A stretch of DNA of 64,000 bases, from assembly GCA_000004985.1 (NCBI GenBank), contig GG738907.1. One strand, given 5' to 3'. This stretch comes from Naegleria gruberi. Lineage: Eukaryota. Positions 21,904-31,428 of this stretch are shown in pieces (positions within the stretch are counted from its first letter, which is position 1; each line of letters starts with the position of its first letter). The position numbers were made by a program, and so were the translations under genes. The notes under the pieces are model-generated. The model ran no database searches and had not been told where the DNA came from. It saw only the letters and a list, made by a program, of their open reading frames with translations.

Positions 21904-23506
21904 TTTGTTTTGTTTGTGTTGCTGTGTTGGAAACTATCTGAAAGTCTGTCATAAAGGTTTTTATGTGTCGGCCTGTGTGTTGTCGCAATGTTGTTGCTGT
22001 GTTGGATGTTACTTGATAAACAATCGTCGTAATCTTTGTTTAAATGGTCTATGAAATGTCAAACTGCAATACCAATCAAGGAGTGCAAATGTCATGATAG
22101 GTTGCGCAATAGGATATAATCGCATAATGAATAACGTTATCAGAGCATGCAGTTAAAGACAAGTGGAACCTTGTTTTTGGCTAATTGTCATGTTTGTAGA
22201 AAGTTAGTCCATCTTTGTTGGAAACTAATTTAACGAAGGTTCCAAACTGAATGCTCGCATTGCATAAAAAGTTGTAACTCTCTTGAGGGACAGTGTTGTT
22301 TTAGTAGATAATGTGCACATCTGACACAATTATTACATCCTCATTGGATTTTTATCTTTTGTTATGTTGGTTGGACATTGTCCACGTGGTAATTGTTTCG
22401 GTTAAAGTTATTGGAAAGGTTGGTTTCAAGATGAATTTAAAGAATAAACATAAAATAAACATGAAATAACATAATGAACAGAAGAATAGATGTGAAACTG
22501 TGTTGTATTATGTTGGAGGTGGTCAAATTGACTGGTTGTGATAAAACATGCTCTTCCAGTAACTGTATGCGTGATACTTGTCATCTCTGTTTGATAAATA
22601 AAAAGCAACTTTCATAGGTCCCATCGCATATAATCTTGCGCAAGGTTTGAATTTCTTAATTGTTGTGCGATTTGAAGGGTTCACTTGGTCAATTTGGGAT
22701 GTTGTTTACTTTGATAGAACTGATCCGAATTAAAGTATTTCCTTTTGAAAATCTTATTGTTGTTTTGTAACCTCAAGCTAATTCCAGTACAGAAAGATCT
22801 CATCCAATACATGTAATAATTGTTACATGTTTAATATCAAGTCAATGTGAAATTCCAATGAAATAGTTTGGCACTTGACAGTAAGAAGATAAGATATGCA
22901 GTTGGTTGTGCTAACAGTTCACGCGTTTGCAGTTATTCTTCCTATCGGCTTTTTAACAAACATTTACAATTAGGGATGGAACGAAATTGGATTTAAAATG
23001 ATTAGTTTCGTCTTGGTTACTGTAGTTGAGGATATAGGAAGATGATTGAGATTACAATCTAGATGATTTGCCGTGGATATTTATTAGAAACCTTATCTGA
23101 AAACTTTAAAGTACTTGCCGAAAGGAAAGACTGTGAGAAGCAATGTTACATTTTAGGCAAGAAATTCTTGAATGTTTTTTACAATTAAATTGGATTTACA
23201 GTTAATACAACATTTATCTTGAAAAAACAGTAAATGATTGTAAAGCGAATGGTCCAATTGACTTGACCAAACTAATGATGAGCTACCAAGTCAGCTCAAA
23301 AATGGATACGCACAAATAATAAGTTAACACTTATTACCTAGTAGAATACTCTGAAAAATCCGAAAGATGTTTAGGAGCTTGTTATCCAAACAAAGTTGCC
23401 TCACCAAAGCACGCAACTCATCTTACAAGATGATAATAGAAAGTATTACAATAGGATTCGTTGTCGACGACTTACTATTGTATAAGAACTGCATTATCTA
23501 CAGAGA

Positions 23507-23525
23507 GAGGTAGGTAGGTAGGTAA
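23507..23525 (+). repeat. (GGTA)4 microsatellite in intergenic DNA
   Basis: gaggtaggtaggtaggtaactg. Confidence 0.6.
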
Positions 23526-24073
23526 CTGCAAGGTTGTTGAAAATTAACTGTAAATTGATAAAGGGTTGGTGAATTTTGTTAGTGGCAGTTATTAGAAATG
23601 ATAAAGTTCAGAAATGATGAAAGAATCTGGGCATTCTTGCATTTTGGCATCTTGCTTAACAGAAGTTGTACTACTGGATTCTGAACTTTGTTCAATTGAA
23701 AAGTAAGCTTGGCAAAATTCTTACTGAATCTTTTCATGACCGAAAGGAGCTCTTTTCTCCCCTCATTATAACAATGTGGAATATTCAATTCCATACCAAG
23801 AACTTGTGTGAATCTCCAATTTGGTCCCAAGATTACGATACCAATGAGAGGATGACTGGTTGAAGACCAACTTGTAATTTTTTCAAGGCAAAAGTTCATC
23901 TATGCTGCTGTAGATTGAATCTCCACACACAAGTATGTGAAAAAAACAAGTAAATAAAAACGAGACAAACAAACGAACACTCAAGTGCAGACGTTTTCAT
24001 TGCAAACTTTTCATCATTAAAATCATTAAAATCATTTAATTATTTACTTATTAAATTCGCCAAGTTACAAATC

Positions 24074-24964
24074 ATGTGTTGGTCTCAAAGTACATCCGGA
24101 TGGTTTGCACTCATTGGAGCCTTGATGAGTGCCGATCAGTTTAGAAGATTCTACAAATTGTATTCTACTAATCAAGTTGGATCCACAAGAATGTTCTCTC
24201 AATTTCTCTTATATTTCACATATACATTGATGGAACTTTTGCAACATATTCAATATAGAGTTGGATTGGAAAATATGGAGGGAACTGAGGGTAGATGTGT
24301 ACAGTCCTTGTTGGAAAGCCCAAATGTTTTCTTCTCTTTAGTTGCCCATTTTCTTGTGTGGCTTCAACCTGTTGTTCACAATTACTGGATTTTGCATAAT
24401 TCTAAAAAAGGGAAATTGGCTTTCAAGTTGAGTTTGACATTGGCTTGGATCACTTTGATTGTTGCTACCATTTCTTTGGTTATGGGGTATAATAACATGT
24501 TTGGATTTGGTAAACCAGAGATAGCTCACAATCATACGCCTGTAGATCCTGCCATTATTTTCGGAGTTCATGTCCACAATGTTGATTCCAAATTGTGTAG
24601 TTATCAAGGTCCAAATCATTTATTTTGGATGTTCCCTTATCATCCAATGTGGAATTATTCCTCTGCCAATTGGTTCGTTTGGTTGGCCATTACAATTATT
24701 CCACATTTCTTTAGAAGATCAATTGGTTTTCGTGATTTCTTGGGAAATAACATTGTGGTTGGTTGTGGAGTTTTCTCAGGTTGGATTGCTTCGGTTGTGG
24801 TAACCTTAACTGTAGGAAATGGTTATCAACATGAAATTCCATCATATTGGTGTTTAATATCAATGCCATTCCTCATTCTTCCATATTTAGTGGCATTGAT
24901 TTTCAAACCAAAGAGATTTAATTTTGATGAAACATTATATCTGAAGAATAAGAAGGTTGACTAA
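24074..24964 (+). CDS. Polytopic membrane protein (296 aa, about 7 predicted TM helices)
   Basis: Seven hydrophobic helices (WFALIGALM, FSQFLLYFTYTLMELL, FFSLVAHFLVWLQPV, LSLTLAWITLIVATISLVMGY, WFVWLAITIIPHFF, VVGCGVFSGWIASVVVTLTV, YWCLISMPFLILPYLVALIF). Family not recognised. Confidence 0.5.
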   Translation: MCWSQSTSGWFALIGALMSADQFRRFYKLYSTNQVGSTRMFSQFLLYFTYTLMELLQHIQYRVGLENMEGTEGRCVQSLLESPNVFFSLVAHFLVWLQPVVHNYWILHNSKKGKLAFKLSLTLAWITLIVATISLVMGYNNMFGFGKPEIAHNHTPVDPAIIFGVHVHNVDSKLCSYQGPNHLFWMFPYHPMWNYSSANWFVWLAITIIPHFFRRSIGFRDFLGNNIVVGCGVFSGWIASVVVTLTVGNGYQHEIPSYWCLISMPFLILPYLVALIFKPKRFNFDETLYLKNKKVD

Positions 24965-25049
24965 GGAATTAGTATTTCGCATCATTAAGACATCTACATA
25001 TGTGTTAAATTAGATTTTATTAAACTCTTCAAAATTGAAATATTTACAA

Positions 25050-27182
25050 TTATTGCAAAACTTCCATGGTAGCTTCGACATCTCCATGTTCATTGGAGAA
25101 CAACATTTGTCTTTCGGCCAAATTCTTATAGATACCATGTTCAATGGCCATCAATTCAGCATGGGTACCAGTTTCTTTCAAAATACCCTTAGCCAAGACG
25201 CAAATCTTGTCAGAATTTCTAACAGTGGACAATCTGTGAGCAATACAAATAGTTGTTCTTCCCTTCATCAACAAGTCCAAAGCAGCTTGAACGAGAGCTT
25301 CAGATTCAGTATCCAATGCAGATGTGGCTTCATCCAACAAGAGAAGCTTTGGATCTTGCAACAAGGCACGAGCAATACAGACACGTTGCTTTTGACCACC
25401 TGAGAGTGAGACACCACGTTCACCCAATAAAGTATTGTATCCATCTGGCAAGTCCATAATGAAACTGTGACAGTTGGCAGATTTGGCAGCTTCAATAACC
25501 TTTTCCATTGTAGTATTTTCTTCACCAATAGCATATGCAATATTCTTGTAAATGCTGGTAGCAAACAATACAGGTTCTTGAGTGACAATACCAATATTCT
25601 TGTGGAGCCACATTGGATCGATTTCGGCAATATCAACACCATCAAGATAAACCTTACCCTTAGCTGGATCGTAGAATCTTTCCAATAAACCAACAATTGT
25701 TGATTTACCTGAACCAGATGGACCAACCAAAGCAACAGCTTGACCGGCCTTAATATCCAAACTGAATTCCTTCAAGACAGTAACATTTGGACGTGATGGA
25801 TAAATAAAGTCAACATTTTCAAATCTGACATTACCAATGATACTATCAAGAGTTTTACCTCCCTTGAAAATAATAGCTGGCTTTCTCTTCAACAACTTCA
25901 AGACAGTCTTTTGAGAAACCATGGCCTTACCATAATCAGGGAAGAATGAACCAGCTTGTGAAATACCAATAATAGCAAACAAGGTTAAACCGAAAACCTT
26001 GAGCATAGATCCGATATTCATGGTTCCTTCAACAACAAGACCTCCACCATACCAGAAAGCTAAAATAAAATTATTGAGCTAATTTGAAATAATTAAAAAA
26101 CATACCCAAAGCAGTAGTACCCCACAAGATACCAACCAAAATACCAAAAGTAGAACCTTGAGCAACAGCTTTACCAATACCAGCCAAATACATCTTGGTC
26201 AAGTCCTTCTTGTATCTGACTCTTTCCTTTTCTTCTCCGGCCATTGATCTTACAGTTCTCATAGCTCCCATCACTTCAGTAGCAATGGAGGCACTATGAT
26301 CGTTGGCCTTATTAATTGCCAAAGTTAACTTTCTGATAATACCCCCGAGGAACACTACACCTAGAATCATCAATGGTGTAGTACTCATCATGACAAGGGC
26401 CATTTGCCATCCTGATGTCAAGGCAAGAATGACACCAATCAAAAATTGTGCCAAGTTTTGAAGTAAAGTAGCCATTTTGACAGAATAAATTTCTTGAATA
26501 CGAGTGATATCTTCTGAAAGTGTAATGGTCAATGCACCAACCTTCTTAATATCAAAGAAGCCCATCTCTTGAACTGTCAATGAATCAAAGTAAGCACTTC
26601 TAATAGCAACACCAATTCTTTCACTGGCCCAGTTCAAGAAGAATTGAGACATGAAATTGGCAATGCAAGCAGCAGCTGCAATAATGGCAAAGTATGAAGC
26701 ATAGACTCCAATTTCGGCCTTTTGTTGCTCTGGAGTAACAGTTGATCCATCTGCACGTGTTGGTGAAAAGACATTGATTAAATCTCCCATAACAAATTGG
26801 AAACTATTAGATTCAACAATATTAACAATCGGAATGTTAGTATAATTACATACCTAATTGGAATCACACCAGTACCCATAGCTCCGATGCTTCCCAAGAA
26901 TACTAATATCCAATTCCATCCTATAATTTTATAAATTGTAAAACCGTCTTTAAATGTAAGATTTGGTTCTCTTTCATCAGGAATTTCCTCGGAATCTTTC
27001 TTTTCTTCTTCTTGTTTCTTCTTTCTCTTGAAAGGATTTCTTGATTTTCTTTCCGTTTGTGGTTGTTTCTTATCTTCCTTAATTTCTTGTTGTTGTGCTT
27101 TAACTTCCACCACATCAACAACTAATTCATTGTTTGCCGACATGTTGTGTTCTATATACAAAGATGATTGTGTATTATCCAC
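25050..27182 (-). CDS. ABCB-type half-transporter (TMD-NBD, ~678 aa). Three exons: 27182..26854, 26803..26106, 26059..25050. Introns are 26804..26853 (50 nt) and 26060..26105 (46 nt).
   Basis: The NBD carries Walker A GPSGSGKST, ABC signature LSGGQKQRVCIARAL, Walker B LLLLDEATSALD, and an H-loop. The TMD end FWYGGGLVVEGTM is reconstituted only after removing the 46-nt GTATGT...TTTTAG intron. Intron 2 is GTATGTAATTATACTAACATTCC...TAATAG, with a canonical TACTAAC branch. All exon junctions stay in frame. Confidence 0.8.
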
Positions 27183-27608
27183 TATTATTATTCAAATTTC
27201 AAATTGATAGGAAGACCTAAAAGTTGAGTGGATAACAATTCGCTTGTTTTTTTCTGTTGTGTTTTTAATTTTAGTGGAGAGAATCTCAAGCACGTACAAT
27301 TTTCTTCCATCTAGAAGAGATTCAATTGCGACTGCAAGTCATTTGATGTTGTGACTATCATTGAAATGGTGGCGCACTTGTGGGTGTTGGTATTCAATAG
27401 TGCGGTAGGCACGCTTATAGCGAAATTGTTCAACGCTTATAGCGCCAATGTGTCTAACGGTAAGAAAAAACCCGCTCTTTAGTTGAGACTTTAGAGAGGG
27501 AGCATGAGATTTTTGAGTGAGGATAAATCCTATACTATTAATACAATACAATTACACAGTGTTAAGATTATCAATATTCTTTAGATTCATTGTTTTAGGG
27601 TTATGAAT

Positions 27609-27727
27609 GGCTACGGCCATATCACGATGAATGCACCTCATCCCGTCCGATTTGAGAAGTTAAGCATCGTCGAGCCACATCAGTACTGAGGTTGGAGACA
27701 ACTTGGGAACCTGTGGTGCTGTAGTCT
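27609..27727 (+). rRNA. 5S rRNA: 5S ribosomal RNA gene (119 nt), dispersed rather than in an rDNA array, followed by a T6 Pol III terminator
   Basis: GGCTACGGCCATATCACGATGAATGCACCTCATCCCGTCCGATTTGAGAAGTTAAGCATCGTCGAGCCACATCAGTACTGAGGTTGGAGACAACTTGGGAACCTGTGGTGCTGTAGTCT matches 5S consensus blocks (GGCCATA..C; GAAGTTAAGC; AGTACT..GGGAGAC; GGTGCTGTAG). Helix I pairs across the 5' and 3' ends. TTTTTT follows at 27727-27732. Confidence 0.85.
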
Positions 27728-28082
27728 TTTTTGCTTTTACCACACATTTTCTATTTAGAGACATTTTCATTACAAGATTCAAAGGTTGAGGTGGAAATCA
27801 AGGACGTTCTTTCCAGTCACTGGAAGACAGTGTCTATTATCCTCAATCTAAATCTCACAAGCTCATCAAATCTACAGAGATCTAAAGAGAAAAAGTCCTA
27901 AATATTCAACACTGGATTTTTAAGAAGCAATTAGTGGTAGTTGTCACCATTGCTAATTATCTTTTTAAATAGAAGAAATGAGAGAGGGATTTTTTCGTAT
28001 CGTAAACTTAACATATGAGGTAAAATATTTCAGTTGAAAAATAAGGTAATGGCAGTAAGGGAAAAGAAAAAGAAGTAAAATC

Positions 28083-28193
28083 TGCAGAAGGTGGGATTTG
28101 AACCCACGAAGCTTGCGCAGTAGAACTTGAGTCTACCCCCTTTGACCACTTTCAATGTGGCAAACACTAACATACCTACTGCGCAACCCCTGC
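28083..28193 (-). tRNA. tRNA-Leu(CAA)-like: Aberrant tRNA-Leu(CAA)-like gene (111 nt). The anticodon, variable and T arms and both acceptor strands are intact, but the D-arm region carries a ~30-nt insertion. Possibly a pseudogene or an unconventional intron.
   Basis: Reverse complement reads GCAGGGG TT GCGC AGT[AGGTATGTTAGTGTTTGCCACATTGAAAGT]GGTCAAAGGGG GTAGA CTCAAGT TCTAC TGCGCAAGCTTC GTGGG TTCAAAT CCCAC CTTCTGC A. AGTGGTCAAAGG matches the class-II Leu D-loop AGTGGTCTAAGG. The insertion is flanked by an AGT direct repeat and equals one arm of the 28-bp inverted repeat below. The D-stem GCGC/GGGG pairs poorly. Confidence 0.5.
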
Positions 28194-28230
28194 TTCACAT
28201 TAAGGTATGTTAGTGTTTGCCACATTGAAA
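28150..28230. repeat. Perfect 28-bp inverted repeat (arms 28150..28177 and 28203..28230) with a 25-bp spacer that contains the tRNA-Leu-like 5' acceptor strand
   Basis: Arm tttcaatgtggcaaacactaacatacct and its exact reverse complement aggtatgttagtgtttgccacattgaaa. One arm lies inside the tRNA D-loop region. The other lies in the 5' leader immediately upstream of tRNA position +1. Confidence 0.8.
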
Positions 28231-28567
28231 AATGCGACATTCCCCTTTTTGTTGGTTGAGTAGTATCTTATAGTAGATCAACAATGTTTCTAGAGCAGTG
28301 TTAGAGTGCAAATGTACTATCGTACTGACAAAAACTATTAGTGGTTCATTTGGATCATAAACTTTAACCTCATAAGAGTAGTATCGTACCTTCTCTAGAA
28401 GACTGATAAAAATGATTGATGGAGTGAACATGCGGATTTGTACCTTAATTTTTATGAATAAATGAAAAAACGAAAGTAATTCAAACTTTACCCCGTATAT
28501 TTAAACATTGAGGGAGGGTCATATGACCTTAATTAAATGAAGTCAAACCAAAAGTTTTGTCACAATA

Positions 28568-28639
28568 TAAAACAGAAGGGGACCAGTGGGAATCGAACCC
28601 ACGGCCTCTCGCACCCAAAGCTATAATCATACCACTAGA
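28568..28639 (-). tRNA. tRNA-Pro(UGG): tRNA-Pro (anticodon UGG), 72 nt. Two A·G mismatches in the anticodon stem suggest a possible pseudogene.
   Basis: Reverse complement reads GGGACCATGGTCTAGTGGTATGATTATAGCTTTGGGTGCGAGAGGCCGTGGGTTCGATTCCCACTGGTCCCC. Apart from the anticodon stem it is near-identical to canonical eukaryotic tRNA-Pro(UGG). The 5' stem strand is ATAGC rather than CTCGC, giving two A·G mismatches against the 3' strand GCGAG. Confidence 0.6.
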
Positions 28640-29020
28640 CCATGGTCCCTTACATGAAATATGAAGAATTTATTTCTCAATGTAGTATTATATCCTTATT
28701 TTTGATACCTTATCTCTTTAGATATTTATTGCAAGTCTTGTTGTCAACCCAAATATTCAACTTGTTTGTCATTGAGGATGAGACGATTGCAGCATTTCTG
28801 CTCTCATTCCTTAATTGATTAATTAGTGTGAAAAATCGAATGGACAAAGAAGCTATATTTTGAACATGACTAATCAAAAGTAAGTGTCGGTTTGACTAGC
28901 ACCGTACTTTCGTATTCACTACAGAACTTAATCATCAAAACTCGTGAACCTCAAGAAATTAAACCTGATATTATTGCGCATCAATCTATTGCATATTTAA
29001 TACTATTTTATTTTACAATT

Positions 29021-30148
29021 TTAATCGTCGAAGACTATTGATACATCAACTAGCTTTGAATTTCTGGCACTTTCGATTAATTTCTCCTTTGTTCTTGAAT
29101 GTTTGGTCATTGTCTTGTGCGAATTGTGGAAAAAACAGCATTGCCATCCACTGTTCAAAACATCATTAAATTTCAATGGGCCAACTCCAGCAAGTGAGCT
29201 CAATTCATCTAAATTAAACTTCTGTACGAATGGAAATTTTGGAAATGGTTTTTCAGGAAAATCAGCAAACATTTCACCAATACAAAATACATCATTCTTA
29301 CTATTGAGAAAATACTCTCCTCTTGAAAATCCTCCTATTTCAATAACTTCTCCTAAATCTAGAGGGCATTCAGTTAAATTATTATGATCTGAACTATCCT
29401 CCTTCAATCCAAATGTTGCTTGATGCATATTGTCATAACCACAACAAAATATCTTGTTCTCTTTGGTTCTAAGTATAACATGATAGTAACCTCCTTTAAC
29501 TTTGTCTATTGTGTGTTTTTTTTCTAGGAAAGTTGATAAATGGTTCAAATTGGAGTCATAATCTGAATAACCTAATCCTGATCTAATGTGATTGCCCAGA
29601 TCTTGAGCGTAAATCTTATTCTCTCTATCAACAATTAAAAATCCACCATTCCAACAACCTCCACATCTAATAACAGTATCATTTGGTATCTCAATTTTCA
29701 CAGGAGTTTCTTTTTTGCTCAATTCCCACAATTCGTTCCTGTCGTTGATAATTAAAAATTGATTTGCCAGAGGTCCACTCATTACTTCCTTAATCCTAAT
29801 GTTTAATTGATACATATGGCCCTCTGGATTCTCGGCAGAATCAATTCTCAAAACTCTTGTTCCATTTACATCAACTATATAAATTGAATCAACATTTCTA
29901 TAATATTCATTTGGTATAAAATCTGGATGGTGCTTTTTGAAATTAATTTTCAAAAGTTTCAAGGACACGGTTTTTTCAGCAATCAATTGATTATTGCCAG
30001 TCAATCGTGATAATTCCAATTTACAACAATCACCTTCGCCATGCCCAAAATAAACAATATCATTATTCTGATCTACAAAATAAATATACCTCTCTCCTCC
30101 GAACATTGTTTTAAATTGAAAATTAGTAAATTGGCAATAAAACAACAT
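29021..30148 (-). CDS. Hypothetical beta-propeller-like protein with RCC1-like repeats (375 aa; the start is probably the internal MFGGERYIYF)
   Basis: Repeats of the form GGYYHVILRTKENKIFCCGYDNMHQATFGL and RCGGCWNGGFLIVDRENKIYAQDLGN resemble RCC1 blades. Domain assignment is weak. Confidence 0.4.
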   Translation of the reverse strand: MLFYCQFTNFQFKTMFGGERYIYFVDQNNDIVYFGHGEGDCCKLELSRLTGNNQLIAEKTVSLKLLKINFKKHHPDFIPNEYYRNVDSIYIVDVNGTRVLRIDSAENPEGHMYQLNIRIKEVMSGPLANQFLIINDRNELWELSKKETPVKIEIPNDTVIRCGGCWNGGFLIVDRENKIYAQDLGNHIRSGLGYSDYDSNLNHLSTFLEKKHTIDKVKGGYYHVILRTKENKIFCCGYDNMHQATFGLKEDSSDHNNLTECPLDLGEVIEIGGFSRGEYFLNSKNDVFCIGEMFADFPEKPFPKFPFVQKFNLDELSSLAGVGPLKFNDVLNSGWQCCFFHNSHKTMTKHSRTKEKLIESARNSKLVDVSIVFDD

Positions 30149-30421
30149 AGTACCAGAGGAATTGAGTGGTAAATCTGCAATAATAATTTTAGTATTTTGA
30201 TGAAGAATATTTCATGATGATGATTATGATGATTGCGATCAAATATTTTGATCACGAAAATACATACACTCAGAATCAAAGCTAGCAGCATGGAAAAAGC
30301 TGTTTGATAGTTCAGTGTTCATTTTTTTTTTGATTTTTTTGAAAAGTTCATTATTGTTGTAATCGGAATAATTATTAAATGTTTAATAATTTAATATTAT
30401 TTAATATAATCCAATTAAAGG

Positions 30422-31036
30422 TTAAAGGTTTAATTTAATGACCAGAAAGATAGGTGAATCTTTCAGAAATGAATATTCTGATAATCGTTTATCATTTTCC
30501 AAATGCATTCCAACATAAATTAGCATTTGCTGCTCAATTCGATAACCCTCCTTCTCGAAAATTATTTCCTTTACTCTTCTAATCGATTCATCCCGATCCA
30601 TTTCAATACTAATCGCTTTTCCAGTCAAAGTTCTTACAAAAAATTGAATAATGCATTTATGTTGGCAACTTAATAAGGAATTTGGTTCGATATTGTAATC
30701 GGTTATAGTTTTTGTATTTTCCAACAATCGACCATCATGAAATAATTTAATTTGATCGGAGGAGGAAATATTTGGTTTCAGCTGCTGATGAACAATTTTT
30801 TCCTTAATACTTTGAATGGAATCTTGCATCTCAACTTGAAGAGTAATTAAATAGTTAGATATTTGAACATTGAGTGGTTGCATTTGATAGGGAGTTGAAT
30901 TGAAATTGTTGGAAATATATAGGGAGATGACGATTAGGAAGAATTTGAATTGTTTTCTATTTTTTTGAGTAAGAAATGAACTTCTTGGAGATATTTCATA
31001 TTTTTTGAAACTTAATAAACAAGGAAATATTAACAT
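30422..31036 (-). CDS. Tandem ubiquitin-like (2 x UBL) domain protein. The true start is probably the internal M of MQPLNVQISNY.
   Basis: Two ubiquitin-fold segments: ITLQVEMQDSIQSIKEKIVHQQ...IKLFHDGRLLENTKTITDYNIEPNSLL and IQFFVRTLTGKAISIEMDRDESIRRVKEIIFEKEGYRIEQQMLIYVGMHLENDKRLSEYSFLKDSPIFLVIKL. Confidence 0.5.
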   Translation of the reverse strand: MLIFPCLLSFKKYEISPRSSFLTQKNRKQFKFFLIVISLYISNNFNSTPYQMQPLNVQISNYLITLQVEMQDSIQSIKEKIVHQQLKPNISSSDQIKLFHDGRLLENTKTITDYNIEPNSLLSCQHKCIIQFFVRTLTGKAISIEMDRDESIRRVKEIIFEKEGYRIEQQMLIYVGMHLENDKRLSEYSFLKDSPIFLVIKLNL

Positions 31037-31428
31037 GATTTAATGTAGTTGGAGATAAAAGATAATATTCAATATTTTGTAATGTTCATCTTGCAGTGTT
31101 TGTTGAATGTGAAAAATGGCTTTCCATAAAGCAATGGTGTTGAATACACATTCAATGAATTTCCCTTTCAAACAACTACTTTATCACCACCTCTAAACTC
31201 TGACTTAACAATTACTCAACAAGACATCTCCATGAAGTCCAATTAGATATGAAACACTTGAAAATAATTCACTTTGTTTTCTTCCACTGCAACCCTTATT
31301 CAACAGAAAATTAGAAACTAATCAGAAAGCATATTTAAAAAACAGGGTAAAAGTTCAAACTTCCTTCTTTAATTATCCGTGTTGATGGCTATTGGCCACA
31401 TTGTTTCGAATAACAATAAACTTAAAAA

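Noticed and set aside
23579-23899. 106-aa minus-strand ORF in the 2-kb intergenic island
   Set aside because: No start context, no domain, no conservation evidence visible. It was left unannotated rather than called.
28178-28202. Spliceosomal-type signals (AG|GTATGT ... AAAG) inside the tRNA-Leu-like insertion
   Set aside because: tRNA genes are Pol III transcripts processed by the tRNA splicing endonuclease, and no branch motif is present. The resemblance is most likely coincidental. It is mentioned only as a curiosity.
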